64,000 bases of DNA, taken from contig OZ242325.1 in the NCBI GenBank assembly GCA_965208245.1, positions 922,609-986,608 on the forward strand. The letters run 5' to 3'. This document shows, one piece after another, positions 31,297 to 40,459 of this stretch (its first letter is position 1; every line of letters begins with the position of its first letter). Position numbers and translations under genes: made by a program. Origin of the DNA: Candidatus Poribacteria bacterium. GTDB taxonomy: Bacteria; Poribacteria; WGA-4E; WGA-3G. Under the pieces are notes generated by a model. That model was given only the letters and a program-made list of their open reading frames with translations. It searched no databases and had not been told where the DNA came from.

Positions 31297-32125
31297 CCTC
31301 ATCCTGCTTCACAATCTCCTTGATATGTCTATACGGTGCAGATTTTACCAATTCCAACGTCTCAGGAGACAAGCGATCCAGAATAGGTTGCGGAAAATTA
31401 TGTGTTCCAGAAAATTGTGGATAATAACGCAATACAAGAAACCTACGATCTCTATCCTCTGGCTTCCAACGTAAAACACCGTGCGTTAACAACTCTGAAA
31501 TGATCACAATATCACCTGCTTTGGGCGTGATATTCACAAAAACTGGATCATCAATCGGATCAATTCCATCTGTCTCATCAAGTTTTAGGAGCTGCTTCGG
31601 ACGATCAAATTTACTTTTATGTGAACCGGGGATGACAATGAGTCCTCCATCACCAGGATATACATCGGTAAAATAGGGAAAACAGACAAAGTTATCGCAG
31701 TAGATACGACCATTGTTAACTTCATACCTTGTGCTATACCGTCCGTAATCATCACGGGCACAATGTAGTCCACCCGGATTAACATGCGCGTTCTCTCCCG
31801 CTTTCCACAGATCATGTTTATCTTGCTTGAGCGAACCTCTTCCAAATCGCGGTTGATTGTCTGTCAACTCCTTGATAATAGGCCACAATGCAGCGTGCAT
31901 CGTCAAACACTCAAGCGATTTATCAAAGGCAAACCCGTGCTGATGCAGTCCGCGCTGCTCAAATCCTGGTGGCAATTCATCGGGATGAGTCGTGATATAT
32001 CTATCAACTGCCTCAGTAACTTCAGCCAATGCATCGCCAGTGATGACGTTTTTCAGGTGAAGGTAGCCCGTTACATCAAAAAGATAACGTTGTTTCGGTG
32101 TCATTACTACATTTCCCTCTAACAA
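31280..32125 (-). CDS. phytanoyl-CoA dioxygenase (PhyH) family protein
   Basis: YLFDVTGYLHL, GGLIVIPGSHK, KAGDIVII.E.LTHG. Confidence 0.85.
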   Translation of the reverse strand: MLEGNVVMTPKQRYLFDVTGYLHLKNVITGDALAEVTEAVDRYITTHPDELPPGFEQRGLHQHGFAFDKSLECLTMHAALWPIIKELTDNQPRFGRGSLKQDKHDLWKAGENAHVNPGGLHCARDDYGRYSTRYEVNNGRIYCDNFVCFPYFTDVYPGDGGLIVIPGSHKSKFDRPKQLLKLDETDGIDPIDDPVFVNITPKAGDIVIISELLTHGVLRWKPEDRDRRFLVLRYYPQFSGTHNFPQPILDRLSPETLELVKSAPYRHIKEIVKQDEVTLTV

Positions 32126-32268
32126 GACATATCATTAATATGTCCATTGAATTGGATGACTGCGATGTCTACAACTCTTCAGATGCATATAAAACTTAGC
32201 ATACTTTGTACCTTTAATATTGCATATTACAATGACATGCTAAACGATTTACCTGTTACATATCAACT

Positions 32269-32392
32269 TATAGTGAACATTAGCATTAATGAAACATTTC
32301 ACAACGGGCGAGGTGACCTTGCCCCTACGCTGGGTATGCTTCATCATCTGTGTATAAGGTGAAATGTCTCATTAATTTGTCACTTTACTATA
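32269..32392. mobile_element. MITE with TIRs enclosing a REP half
   Basis: attaatgaaacatttcac / gtgaaatgtctcattaat (17/18), outer tatagt/actata; internal cgggcgaggtgaccttgcccctac. Confidence 0.7.
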
Positions 32393-32589
32393 CATAGGCA
32401 TCCCGGAATAACGTCTGTCGTTTCGGTGGCATTCTTTCAATCAACGCTTGGAGTGGGAGTGAGAGTTTCCATCGTTTGTCAACCGAGTTGTATCCATTAT
32501 ACATTCCTTTCTTCTGGGTAAGGTTTTGAAACCCCGATTTTCATCAACTGGCATTAACTGGCAGTTCACTACAACAATAATGAACCGAT

Positions 32590-33071
32590 TTAGCCTTTTT
32601 CTGCACAGAGTTCAGCAATCAATGCAGCGTTTTCACCAATCTGGTCTCCAAATTGCTGATACATACCGAGCAAGAGGATGTCGTTAGGTTTAGAATTCTC
32701 TATGGCAAATTTCAATTCTTCACGAATCTGCTGTGGACTTCCGAAACCTGGTCAGGGTTGTCATACCACACATAAGCCCAACTAAGACAAAACCAGTGCA
32801 TCGTGCCACCTGAATCACGGTATAGTTGTAGGTTTGACATGGATCGTTCTGTTACGCTATTCTGCCAACCATTAATTCCTGCTTCCTCCGCTCTTTTGAG
32901 TGTTGCAACAACACGTTCCGGTGTGTGATACGCTTTCTGATGCTGTGAAAGCAGTTGATTAAAATGGGAATAACCATAAATCGGATTATCTCCAATTACT
33001 AGTTTGCTGATATGGTGATTACAAAATGAGACTTTCGGTAGGGTCGTTTCCAATGCGTTTCCTCCAAACAA
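32590..33071 (-). pseudogene. aldo/keto-reductase-fold hypothetical protein with large internal deletion
   Basis: N-terminus LPKV..HHISKLVIGDNPIYGYSH; out-of-frame C-terminus ELKFAIENSKPNDILLLGMYQQFGDQIGENA*. Confidence 0.6.
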
Positions 33072-33090
33072 AAAGTTGTTTCAAATGTGA

Positions 33091-34161
33091 TTAACCGTAG
33101 TGGAATTCTTCCAAAACAGAGGCATCAATTTGTCGGACAAGCTGCATCGTTAAATCCAGTGCTGCGTTGTAGTCATCAATGTTGATGATTGAGACATGGC
33201 TATGGATGTACCGTGATGGCACACCGAGCACAACAGAAGGCACACCTCTACCGAATACATGGATAGCACCTCCATCTGTCCCACCGGATTGACGCACACC
33301 GAGTTGGTAAGGTATGTCATGCTGTTTTGCTGTTTCAACCACATAATCAGCGAGTTTCGGATTGACAACCATTGATGAATCAATGATGCGAATTTGCACG
33401 CCGTCCCCCAGTTTCCCTTGCGAATTTCCAACGCTTAGTCCTGGTGTATCGTCACCGGGGGGTCCCTCAAGAACAATAGCCAGATCAGGTTCTACACTGG
33501 CAGCCATTGTCTTCGCTCCCCGTAATCCGATCTCTTCCTGCACACTTCCCGCACCGATAACTGTGTTCGGATGTTCTTCAAGTCGTTGCAGTGCCTCTAT
33601 TACAAGCGCGACACCGACGCGATTATCAAACGCTTTTGCGGTGAGTAACTTCTCATTTTTTAACCGCATAAAGGGACCGTAAGGTGCAATTGGACAACCA
33701 GGTAAGATACCGTATTCCTCCACTGCTTGTTCCTCACTCTCAGCACCAACATCAATAAAAAGGTCTTTAATCTCTAAGACTTTATCACGTGATCCTGATA
33801 ATAGGTGCGGTGGTGTGGAACCGATCACGCCTGGTACTTTACCTAACTTCGTTTTGATATTAACGCGTTGTGCTAAGAGTGTATGTCCCCACCATCCACC
33901 GAGAGGTAGAAACTTGACGAATCCTTTATCCGTTACGTTCGTCACAACGAAACCGATTTCGTCTAAATGTGAATCAAGTACTATTCTCGGTTGTTCTGCA
34001 GTTCCAACGCGGGTGCAGAAAATACTGCCTAGTTTGTCGGTTTCTATTGGACCGACATCGGAGACAGCCTCACGAAAAACTTCTCGTACTTCTTCCTCAT
34101 AACCAGGGATTCCATCTGCTTGGGTTAATGATTCTAACAATTCTATTGAGGTATCATTCAT
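33091..34161 (-). CDS. M42 family aminopeptidase
   Basis: GYEEEVR, SHLDEIG, KAFDNRVG, QEEIGLRGA, GGTDGG, RYIHS. Confidence 0.93.
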   Translation of the reverse strand: MNDTSIELLESLTQADGIPGYEEEVREVFREAVSDVGPIETDKLGSIFCTRVGTAEQPRIVLDSHLDEIGFVVTNVTDKGFVKFLPLGGWWGHTLLAQRVNIKTKLGKVPGVIGSTPPHLLSGSRDKVLEIKDLFIDVGAESEEQAVEEYGILPGCPIAPYGPFMRLKNEKLLTAKAFDNRVGVALVIEALQRLEEHPNTVIGAGSVQEEIGLRGAKTMAASVEPDLAIVLEGPPGDDTPGLSVGNSQGKLGDGVQIRIIDSSMVVNPKLADYVVETAKQHDIPYQLGVRQSGGTDGGAIHVFGRGVPSVVLGVPSRYIHSHVSIINIDDYNAALDLTMQLVRQIDASVLEEFHYG

Positions 34162-34269
34162 AGTTGTATTTCCTTCGGTTTACATGTTATAATTTAGATG
34201 AATTATAGCATGACAAACATTTTCTGCCAACTCTTAAGTTGATTTCAAGAACAACACAAGTTTTGTTTC

Positions 34270-34410
34270 CTTATTATCATTAAGTGGCGTTAACGATAAT
34301 AAGACTTTTCCTTATTATCATTAAGTGGCGTTAACGATAATAAGACTTTTCCCTATTATCATTAAGTGGCGTTAACGATAATAAGACTTTTCCCTATTAT
34401 CGTTAAGTGG
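34270..34410. repeat. 41-bp palindromic tandem repeat x3.4
   Basis: cttattatcattaagtggcgttaacgataataagacttttc repeated head-to-tail with no spacers. Confidence 0.95.
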
Positions 34411-34416
34411 ACTAAA

Positions 34417-35601
34417 ATGAATCCAGAAAACTTTAGAAAATCAAATGCAGGTAGATGTATACGTAGCATAGGTCAGCACTCATATTGGGCTTATGTTCCC
34501 AATCCGCTTCCTCCGAAAATCGAATTGGATTGGGATTTGGTGAATCTGCTCTCAGAAGCAAACATCAGACTTGGAGAATTGTCTGGTGCGGGACAACAAC
34601 TACCAAATCCACACTTATTAATTGGTCCATTTATTCGACGTGAAGCGGTAATGAGTTCAAGAATTGAAAACACTCAATCTGGTCTGGACCAACTCTTTTT
34701 ATTTGAAGCAGATAAAACAGAGGAACCGAGAATACCTGATGTGCAGGAACTTATCAATTATGTTAACGCCATGGAATATGGGATAAAAAGACTGGAGCAC
34801 TTACCAGTAAGTTCAAGGTTACTCTGTGAAATCCACGAGGTTTTAATGAGAGGAGTCCGTGGTGAACACGCGACACCTGGATTGATGCGTACAACGCAAA
34901 ATTGGATTGGAAAACCCGGATGTACTTTGACAGACGCGACTTTTGTTCCACCACCCGTGCCAGAGATGAAGGGGTGTTTTTCAGAACTAGAGAAGTATGT
35001 CCATTCCAACGCGAAAGAACCTCCTTTAATTCAAAATGCTTTGATTCATTATCAATTTGAGGCAATTCACCCATTCGTTGATGGAAATGGAAGAATCGGC
35101 AGAATCCTTATTATTCTCCAGTTAATTGAAAAAGGCGCACTATCACAACCACTGCTCTACCTTTCTGATTTTTTCGAGCGGTATAGAGATACCTACTATA
35201 AACTCCTATTGAATGTAAGCCAACAAGGTGATTGGAACTCTTGGCTCACATTTTTCTTACGGGGTATTTGCCAACAGTCAGAAGATGCCTTAACGACGAT
35301 TCAAAAGTTACTTACGTTAAAAGATGAGTATAAGGAAATAGTAATAGGAAAAAGAGTACCAGCAACAGTAAACCTTTTAATTGAACATCTATTTGGAAGT
35401 CCAATTATTTCAATATCAGAATTGGCTAAGGCATGGGAATCAACATTTCCTAATGTCCAGCGAGGCGTAGATTACCTTGTCAACAAGGGTAAACTCAGGG
35501 AAATGACAGGTCAACAGCGCAACCGTTTATTCGTAGCAGACGAAATCCTTGATATAATCATGACAGAAAGAACAAAATCAGTCTCATTAATAGAGGATTA
35601 G
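34417..35601 (+). CDS. Fic family protein (Fic_N, Fic, C-terminal HTH)
   Basis: EAVMSSRIEN, HPFVDGNGRIGR; likely start MNPENF just after the array. Confidence 0.93.
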   Translation: MNPENFRKSNAGRCIRSIGQHSYWAYVPNPLPPKIELDWDLVNLLSEANIRLGELSGAGQQLPNPHLLIGPFIRREAVMSSRIENTQSGLDQLFLFEADKTEEPRIPDVQELINYVNAMEYGIKRLEHLPVSSRLLCEIHEVLMRGVRGEHATPGLMRTTQNWIGKPGCTLTDATFVPPPVPEMKGCFSELEKYVHSNAKEPPLIQNALIHYQFEAIHPFVDGNGRIGRILIILQLIEKGALSQPLLYLSDFFERYRDTYYKLLLNVSQQGDWNSWLTFFLRGICQQSEDALTTIQKLLTLKDEYKEIVIGKRVPATVNLLIEHLFGSPIISISELAKAWESTFPNVQRGVDYLVNKGKLREMTGQQRNRLFVADEILDIIMTERTKSVSLIED

Positions 35602-35717
35602 ACTCTACAAGAAAGTGTAAACCCTAATAACACTATCAACGTTAAGTGATAGAAATACTAACGGCATCTTGTTTGGTACCGACATTTTTTAGCATGCTTT
35701 ATTAAATCAAAACAACA

Positions 35718-35970
35718 ATGACACTCACACAGACATGTAATTAGCAATTATTGAAGAGAATTCCCAACTACCGGAAAAAGATCAGGCACGTTATCAACAT
35801 CTGCTAGGTAAGTGTAAAAATAAGACAATATGCCTTGAAGAACTCGCTGAGTATAAAACACTCTCAAACCAATTGGAGACTTGCAACCTGAAACGGATTG
35901 AAGCACTTATAGCATTGGCTCAAGTCAAAGGAAGACACTATGGCAAGTCTTTACCAAACCATTTGTAAAA
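35718..35970 (+). pseudogene. degraded small antitoxin-like gene
   Basis: Manual translation IIEENSQLPEKDQARYQHL..ELAEY..RIEALIALAQVKG, out of frame with the upstream ATG. Confidence 0.4.
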
Positions 35971-36054
35971 ATTAAAATGAGAAAATGGCCAGTGCACGAG
36001 CGTTAATTAATGCGTAACTGTACACAAATAACTTTCATGTTCACTTGAAATCTA

Positions 36055-36384
36055 TTATTCTGCAGGAATACTCTTTTCCAGAATTTCTTGAAGGTATACA
36101 TTCAAGTTGAGATGTTTACGTGCGGCATTCAGAACAATTCGACGATGCAGTTCCGGTGTGGTTTGAATCTGAAGCTTGCCAGAATAAGGGACTTCAGGCA
36201 CCTTTCCTTGTTCCCGACAAAATTCCAAGTAGGTTTCAATTGATTTTTTCATTTCTTCTCTGAGTTCGGTTACAGAGGCACCGTAGAATGTAATTACATC
36301 ATTCGTATTGCAGACCGTTCCATGAAATGTGTCGATTTCAGAGTCATAGTCAACAACCCCAAGATATCCTTTATATTCAATCAT
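36055..36384 (-). CDS. hicB: HicB family antitoxin
   Basis: MIEYKGYLGVVDYD..FHG....NDVITFYG..YLEFC...PYSGK. Confidence 0.9.
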   Translation of the reverse strand: MIEYKGYLGVVDYDSEIDTFHGTVCNTNDVITFYGASVTELREEMKKSIETYLEFCREQGKVPEVPYSGKLQIQTTPELHRRIVLNAARKHLNLNVYLQEILEKSIPAE

Positions 36385-36420
36385 AATGTTACTCCTGCAT
36401 TGTCAAGAAATCTTCTTAAA
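36381..36420 (-). pseudogene. 3' remnant of hicA toxin
   Basis: LRRFLDNAGVTL* overlapping the hicB start (ATGA). Confidence 0.55.
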
Positions 36421-36494
36421 CCTCTGCCGCTGATTAGATATTTTATCAGGTATTTTCTATCCACACAACGATAAAGGAAACGGAAAAACAGAAA

Positions 36495-36523
36495 TTGACA
36501 AATGTGTCAGGAATAGGTATAAT
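36495..36523 (+). promoter_or_regulatory. sigma70 promoter
   Basis: TTGACA-17 bp-TATAAT. Confidence 0.65.
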
Positions 36524-36730
36524 ACTTTTAGTCACGCAAATGCAGATACGGTATTCCAAATTTCATGAAAATACCAAATGCCGATATACCAAGACTGATA
36601 ACTGCTTATCCAATATAAACTCAGGAGGAACACTGTGAAATCCAATTTTTTCAGTGATACAAATATTCGGAATAGCAAGCCATCATATCCACGGTGAACT
36701 GAACATTACTACTCTATAAAGTGTAAACAA

Positions 36731-37252
36731 ATGACACAAAAAAGAAAGCATAAAGCCAACTTGAAGTGGGCAGAAAATCAAATAGATGATTTCCTAAGTT
36801 ATCTTGCGGAACAGTGTCAACCCTATTTTGAAGAAATCGCATCTGACGACGCATCAAAATTCATGGCCCCGATGTGGTGGAGTGTTGGATATGTAATTCT
36901 ACGTGGCATGGCGGATAAAAAAACCGTTTCCCCAGATGACACCGATACGCTTATTGATAGATCCATGTTGCTATTAGAACTATTGACACACAGTCAACAC
37001 CCTATCTTCAATGAGATACTTGACAGATTTGTACTACCAATGGCGAAAGAGTTGAAAATTGCCAAAGATAATGATGCTATTAATGAACATATCTTTAAGT
37101 GTATAGCATTCATTGCGAACAAACTTAAAGAAGGGGAAACCTTATCAGTTCCAGCTTTAACCGGACCTGATGGAATCTTGATTAAAAGAGAACAAACTGC
37201 CGATGCGGTTTCTACAACAGAAGACAGACACGTACAAGGAGTTACACCCTAA
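36731..37252 (+). CDS. hypothetical protein
   Basis: 173-aa ORF, no recognised motif. Confidence 0.55.
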   Translation: MTQKRKHKANLKWAENQIDDFLSYLAEQCQPYFEEIASDDASKFMAPMWWSVGYVILRGMADKKTVSPDDTDTLIDRSMLLLELLTHSQHPIFNEILDRFVLPMAKELKIAKDNDAINEHIFKCIAFIANKLKEGETLSVPALTGPDGILIKREQTADAVSTTEDRHVQGVTP

Positions 37253-37315
37253 TTGTTTTGTAAGTTTACTAATCACCGACAAAACTACTAAATTCCCACT
37301 ACTACGAGATATGAT

Positions 37316-37582
37316 TTGAAGCAAAAGTTTTTCGTTTTCCTAAATTCGCTGCTTGTTATAGTTCTTGAAGCATTATATGTTTTCATTTATATTCTGTTGG
37401 GTTACGGTTTGACCCAACTTGTGAACTATACCATCGGTGCCAAATGGCCTCAAGTCATGGAATACATCAGATATGTAACTCTGATTGTCGTAAGTATAGT
37501 TGGGGCATTCCGTTTCATTGCAAAGACGGCGATTCGAACTTACCGAGAATTGAAAAAGGAGATAAGAGATGAAAATGATTGA
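37316..37582 (+). CDS. hypothetical 2-TM protein
   Basis: Two hydrophobic segments and basic C-terminus. Confidence 0.5.
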   Translation: MKQKFFVFLNSLLVIVLEALYVFIYILLGYGLTQLVNYTIGAKWPQVMEYIRYVTLIVVSIVGAFRFIAKTAIRTYRELKKEIRDEND

Positions 37583-37946
37583 GACTATTAAAGAAAATAC
37601 GCTTTGGCTAATCGGGGCAGTCTTAATAACTATCCCACTTATAGTGTGTTATCCCATACTACTTTATATCGGACTGTCCGTAAAAATCGCGACAATCGTT
37701 ACAGTGTGTTTATCAATCATAACCTACATTTTGTTAGTTACCCGTATTGAACCATTTTTAGGCAGAATGTTCCCGTTCTTGGGTCCCAAAACACAGGAAG
37801 AATTCACTTCAGCAAAATTGGAATTGGGTAGTATTGATATCCAAAAGGCACAAAGTCCTAATTCATTCTCCATAGAAATTGAGTTGAATATACTCAGCTC
37901 AAATAACACGATAAGAAATCTCAAAGGTAATTGGGTTCATTCATAA
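37569..37946 (+). CDS. hypothetical 2-TM protein
   Basis: Two hydrophobic segments; AAGGAG RBS; overlaps the upstream ORF. Confidence 0.5.
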   Translation: MKMIETIKENTLWLIGAVLITIPLIVCYPILLYIGLSVKIATIVTVCLSIITYILLVTRIEPFLGRMFPFLGPKTQEEFTSAKLELGSIDIQKAQSPNSFSIEIELNILSSNNTIRNLKGNWVHS

Positions 37947-37957
37947 AGGAAAAGTTA

Positions 37958-39760
37958 ATGACAAAAACCATTGAAAAAGTCCAAAAAACCACTACGACTC
38001 CCAACGAGGAAAGACTCAAAAAACTCAAACAACTCTATCCTGAATGTCTAATAGAAGGTGAAGTTGACATAGAAAAACTGAAAGATTTCTTGTCTCTTGA
38101 AGATAGGGAAGATAATGGCAACGAACGTTACAGTTTTTCATGGGCAGGAAAAAGTAAAGCTATCCTTCACCTCAACACTCCTACTGAGGCAACCCTAAAA
38201 CCTTCCTACAATGACTCCGTAAATTTTGACACATCCCAAAACCTCTTTATTGAAGGCGACAACCTTGAAGTACTCAAACTTCTCTATAAACCTTATTTTG
38301 GTCGCATCAAAGCCATTTATATTGATCCGCCTTACAATACTGGTAATGACTTTGTGTACCATGATAATTACAAAAATCCGTTAGACACCTACCTTCAATT
38401 GACATGTCAAGTTGATTCAGAAGGCAATTTGCAAACAAGTAACCCAGAAACAAGCGGACGCTACCACTCCGCGTGGCTGTCTATGATGTATCCGCGCTTG
38501 TTTTACGCTCACAAATTGCTTGACAAGGATGGTATCATGTTTATTAGTATTGACGATCATGAGGTACATAATCTACGTTTTATGTTAAATGAAATTTTTG
38601 GTGAGGAAAATTTCATAGGCGGTTTTGTTTGGAGGAAGAAGGCAGGAGCGGGTGCTGATTCTAAATTGTTTTTTCGACAGCACGAACATATTCTAATGTA
38701 TTCACGTAACATAGATGAAATTAAGGAACTTTTTCAACCCCTCACTGAGAAACAAAGAAATGAATACAAAAACCCTGATAATGACACCCGCGGTTTATGG
38801 GCATCAACAGACTTGACGAGAACAGGAGATAACGATCCAACGCGGATTTATGAAGTTGTATCACCTACGGGGAAAGAATTTACACATTGCTGGACATATA
38901 CAAAATCCAACTTTCAAAAATTGATTGATGACAATCGGATTTGGTGGGGTAAAAACGGAAATTCAAAACCAAAAAGAAAACGTTTTTTGAATGAAAAGAA
39001 AGGGTTAACACCTCGTTCATGGGTAGACATTGCTCTAACTCAGGACGGTGGGGAAGACTTGAAAAAATTAGATCTTTCAGTCTTTGATTATCCAAAGCCA
39101 GTGAAACTTATTAAACTTTTCCTACAAATAGCAACAGACACTAACGATCTAATTTTGGATTTTTTTGCAGGCTCCTGTACCACAGCACAAGCAGTTTTGG
39201 AACTCAATCAAGAAGATGGCGGGAACCGACAATTTATCATGGTCCAGCTCCCCGAACGCACACCTGAAAAATCAGCAGCACGCGAAGCAGGATTTAAGAC
39301 TATTGCCAAAATCGGTAAAGAACGAATCCGACGTGTTTGCCAAAACACCGAATCGTCCGGTTTCCGCGTTTTTAAACTTGCACCGTCTAATTATAAAACG
39401 GAAGATATTTCTCAAACCGATGACGCGCCGACTCTTTTCAGTGAATTAGAAGGGACACTTGACCCGCTTCAAGAAGGTTGGCAGAAAGAGGATGTCCTCT
39501 ATGAAATTGCTCTTAAGGAAGGATACCCATTGGACAGCATAATTCAAAAAGTTCCAGAATTAGTACAGAATACAATTTATCGTATTACAATGCCCAACAA
39601 GACACAATCATGCCATGTCTGTTTGGATGAAGAATTGACAGAAACAGATATTGCACATTTGGATCTGTCAAAAGATTCTGTGTTTATCTGCCGTGATATT
39701 GCGTTAAATGATACGCTCGCTGCGAACTTTGCTTTGCAATGTCGTCTCAAAACAATCTGA
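37958..39760 (+). CDS. mod: type III R-M methyltransferase (Mod) 1
   Basis: IEGDNLEVLK, IYIDPPYNTG, FDYPKP, DFFAGSCTT. Confidence 0.93.
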   Translation: MTKTIEKVQKTTTTPNEERLKKLKQLYPECLIEGEVDIEKLKDFLSLEDREDNGNERYSFSWAGKSKAILHLNTPTEATLKPSYNDSVNFDTSQNLFIEGDNLEVLKLLYKPYFGRIKAIYIDPPYNTGNDFVYHDNYKNPLDTYLQLTCQVDSEGNLQTSNPETSGRYHSAWLSMMYPRLFYAHKLLDKDGIMFISIDDHEVHNLRFMLNEIFGEENFIGGFVWRKKAGAGADSKLFFRQHEHILMYSRNIDEIKELFQPLTEKQRNEYKNPDNDTRGLWASTDLTRTGDNDPTRIYEVVSPTGKEFTHCWTYTKSNFQKLIDDNRIWWGKNGNSKPKRKRFLNEKKGLTPRSWVDIALTQDGGEDLKKLDLSVFDYPKPVKLIKLFLQIATDTNDLILDFFAGSCTTAQAVLELNQEDGGNRQFIMVQLPERTPEKSAAREAGFKTIAKIGKERIRRVCQNTESSGFRVFKLAPSNYKTEDISQTDDAPTLFSELEGTLDPLQEGWQKEDVLYEIALKEGYPLDSIIQKVPELVQNTIYRITMPNKTQSCHVCLDEELTETDIAHLDLSKDSVFICRDIALNDTLAANFALQCRLKTI

Positions 39761-39779
39761 CTTTCTATAGTTTTTATAT

Positions 39780-40133
39780 ATGAGAGAAGTTACTTTCTAT
39801 CGTACAGAATCGGGTAATTGCCCAATCGAACAATTTTTGGATTCCCTTACAGCCAGACAGAGTGTTAAAGTTACTTGGACATTAGGTTTGATTGAGGATT
39901 TAGATGTAGTACCTAAACAATACTTTAAGAAACTAACTGACACAGATGATATATGGGAGATAAGAGTTAAGGTTGGTAGGAATAACTTCAGAATTCTTTC
40001 CTTTTTTGATGGTCCAAGATTGGTTGTTCTAAATCATGCCTTTTCCAAACAGACACGCAAAATTCCAAAATCTGACATTCAGTTAGCTGAAAAAAGAAAA
40101 CGAGATTATTTTAGGAGGAAAAAAAGTGAGTGA
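39780..40133 (+). CDS. RelE/ParE (HigB/Gp49-like) toxin
   Basis: FYRTESGNCPIEQFLDSL, IWEIRVK, NHAFSKQTRKIP. Confidence 0.88.
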   Translation: MREVTFYRTESGNCPIEQFLDSLTARQSVKVTWTLGLIEDLDVVPKQYFKKLTDTDDIWEIRVKVGRNNFRILSFFDGPRLVVLNHAFSKQTRKIPKSDIQLAEKRKRDYFRRKKSE

Positions 40134-40401
40134 TTTAAAACAGTACGTAGAAAAACGTAAAACGCAAGATTCAGAGTTTGCAGAGAACTACGAAAAAGGG
40201 TATTTAGAATTCAAACTCGGTGTCGTTCTCCGACAAGCTCGACAAGAAGCTGGACTAACGCAAGAAGATATGGCACTAAAGTTGAATACTAAGAAATCTG
40301 CTATTTCAAAAATTGAAAACCATGCTGAGAATGTTACGCTTTCAACTTTGAGAAAATATGCAGAAGTTGTCGGAAAGAAAATACACTTTTCGGTAGGATA
40401 A
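40126..40401 (+). CDS. XRE-HTH antitoxin (HigA-like)
   Basis: LRQARQEAGLTQEDMA..TKKSAISKIEN. Confidence 0.88.
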   Translation: MSDLKQYVEKRKTQDSEFAENYEKGYLEFKLGVVLRQARQEAGLTQEDMALKLNTKKSAISKIENHAENVTLSTLRKYAEVVGKKIHFSVG

Positions 40402-40459
40402 TTAAGTAGACAAATCTGTAGCAAGTTTCGGAGTGCAAACTACGCAAAAAAAGGCAAAA

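Noticed and set aside
27200-31300. Integron cassette array
   Set aside because: No integrase and no recognisable attC (RYYYAAC...GTTRRRY) sites; genes occur in both orientations
34270-34410. CRISPR array
   Set aside because: Units are contiguous with no unique spacers, and there are no cas genes in the window
34366-34416. Longer Fic start (MALTIIRL...)
   Set aside because: The GTG falls inside the tandem repeat; MNPENF at 34417 is the more plausible start
37958-39760. Phase-variable mod (phasevarion)
   Set aside because: No simple-sequence repeat tract seen in either mod gene
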